The notes under the pieces: generated by a model
Seen by the model: the letters and a program-made list of their open reading frames with translations, nothing else
Told to the model about the DNA's origin: nothing
The model's database searches: none
Made by a program: the position numbers and the translations under genes
Source of the DNA: Mobula hypostoma
Lineage: Eukaryota
Reading direction: 5' to 3'
Length of the DNA stretch: 64,000 nucleotides
Assembly (NCBI RefSeq): GCF_963921235.1
Contig: NC_086109.1
Location: 25,546,001 to 25,610,000 of the forward strand
Shown: positions 62,995 through 64,000 of the stretch, piece after piece
Numbering within the stretch: position 1 is the stretch's first letter
Layout of the letters: every line of letters begins with the position of its first letter

Positions 62995-63493
62995 ATCAAG
63001 ATGAACATTGACTTCTCTAACTTCCGTTAATGCCCCTCCTCCCGTTCTCACCCCATCCCTTTTTATTTATTTATTTATTATTTTTTATATTTACCTTTTT
63101 TTCTCTATCTCTTTTTTCTCTCTCCATCCCTCTCACAATTACTCCTTGCCTGCTCGCGATCTTCCTCTGGCGCTCCTCTCCCCCTTTCTTTCTCCCTAGG
63201 CCTCCCGTCCCATGACCCTCTCCCTTCTCCAGCCTTGTATCCCTTTTGCCAATCAACTTTCCGGCTACTAGCTCTATCCCTCCCCCTCCTGTCTTCTCCT
63301 ATCATTTCGGATCACCCCCTCCCTCTCCCACTTTCAAACCTCTTACTATCTCTTCTTTCAGTTAGTCTTGATGAAGGGTCTCAGCCTGAAACGTCGACTG
63401 TGTTTCTTCCTATGGATGCTGCCTGGCCTGCTGCATTCACCAGCATTTTGTGTATGTTGCTTGTATTTCCAGCATCTGCAGATTTCCTCGTGT
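62995..63493 (+). mobile_element. Penelope-type 3' terminal repeat
   Basis: atgaacattgacttctctaacttccgttaa (end of GIY-YIG ORF), pyrimidine-rich body, hammerhead motif, gatgctgcc...ccagcatctgcag end. Confidence 0.8.
63363..63400 (+). ncRNA. Minimal hammerhead ribozyme motif (C3U variant)
   Basis: UAGUC UUGAUGA AGGGUCUCAGCCU GAAAC GUC GACUG. Confidence 0.6.
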
Positions 63494-64000
63494 TTACATC
63501 AAGATGTTTATTCATTGCTGTATTTTGTGTGTGTTGCTCTTGAAATACTTTCCGCCTTCAAGTGCATTGGACATTTGTATTATATTCTTGTCTACCATTT
63601 TACCAAATTACACATACACATTCCATTAAAAAACACACACACCCATCTCTCTTTGGTGACATAAATGACTGCAGATGTTGGAATCTGGAGCAGCACACAA
63701 AGTGCTGGAGGAACTCAGTGAGTCAATCAGCATCTATGGGTGAAGGATAAATGAAGCTAATCTCAGTCAGTACTCAGAATGAGCCCTGACTCATTAGTGA
63801 TGAATGGGCATCAATATTCTCTGAGTTTGAATGGGTTTCTTTTCTCACTATCTACAGTATGCTTACTGATGCTCCTGCCAGTGGGAAAACTTGACCATAT
63901 TTTCTCGATCAAAACCATTCAGAACTGCCCTACTTGCTCGAAGGAGGACATACAAACCAGCTTTTCCTGTTTCTGATCATAGCCGAAGCTCTGCAGACTT

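Overview
Eukaryotic, transposon-dense, apparently intronic or intergenic DNA. The repeat spectrum suggests a cartilaginous fish, probably a ray; this is inferred from recalled repeat families. No host protein-coding gene could be recognised. Every long ORF belongs to a mobile element: CR1 LINEs (one nearly full-length with a 5' inversion), an L1-clade LINE with an uninterrupted ORF2 fragment and a 15-bp TSD, a near-intact HERO-like restriction-endonuclease retrotransposon, RTE and Rex1/Babar LINEs, and a Penelope-like element. The window also holds many Penelope terminal fragments with minimal hammerhead motifs, a solo LTR with a 4-bp TSD, Tc1/mariner/Tigger and hAT DNA transposons, V-, Deu- and CORE-like SINEs, and microsatellites. 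The most unusual signal is in the 3' UTRs of two divergent HERO-like copies. Both carry a shared, covarying RNA structure with hammerhead-core nucleotides in a permuted, pseudoknotted order (complete core in one copy, partly decayed in the other). Also notable: locally templated insertions, fold-back Penelope-end elements, DNA transposons resembling eutherian Charlie4a and Tigger4 (from memory), and a few weak candidate exons and enhancer motifs.
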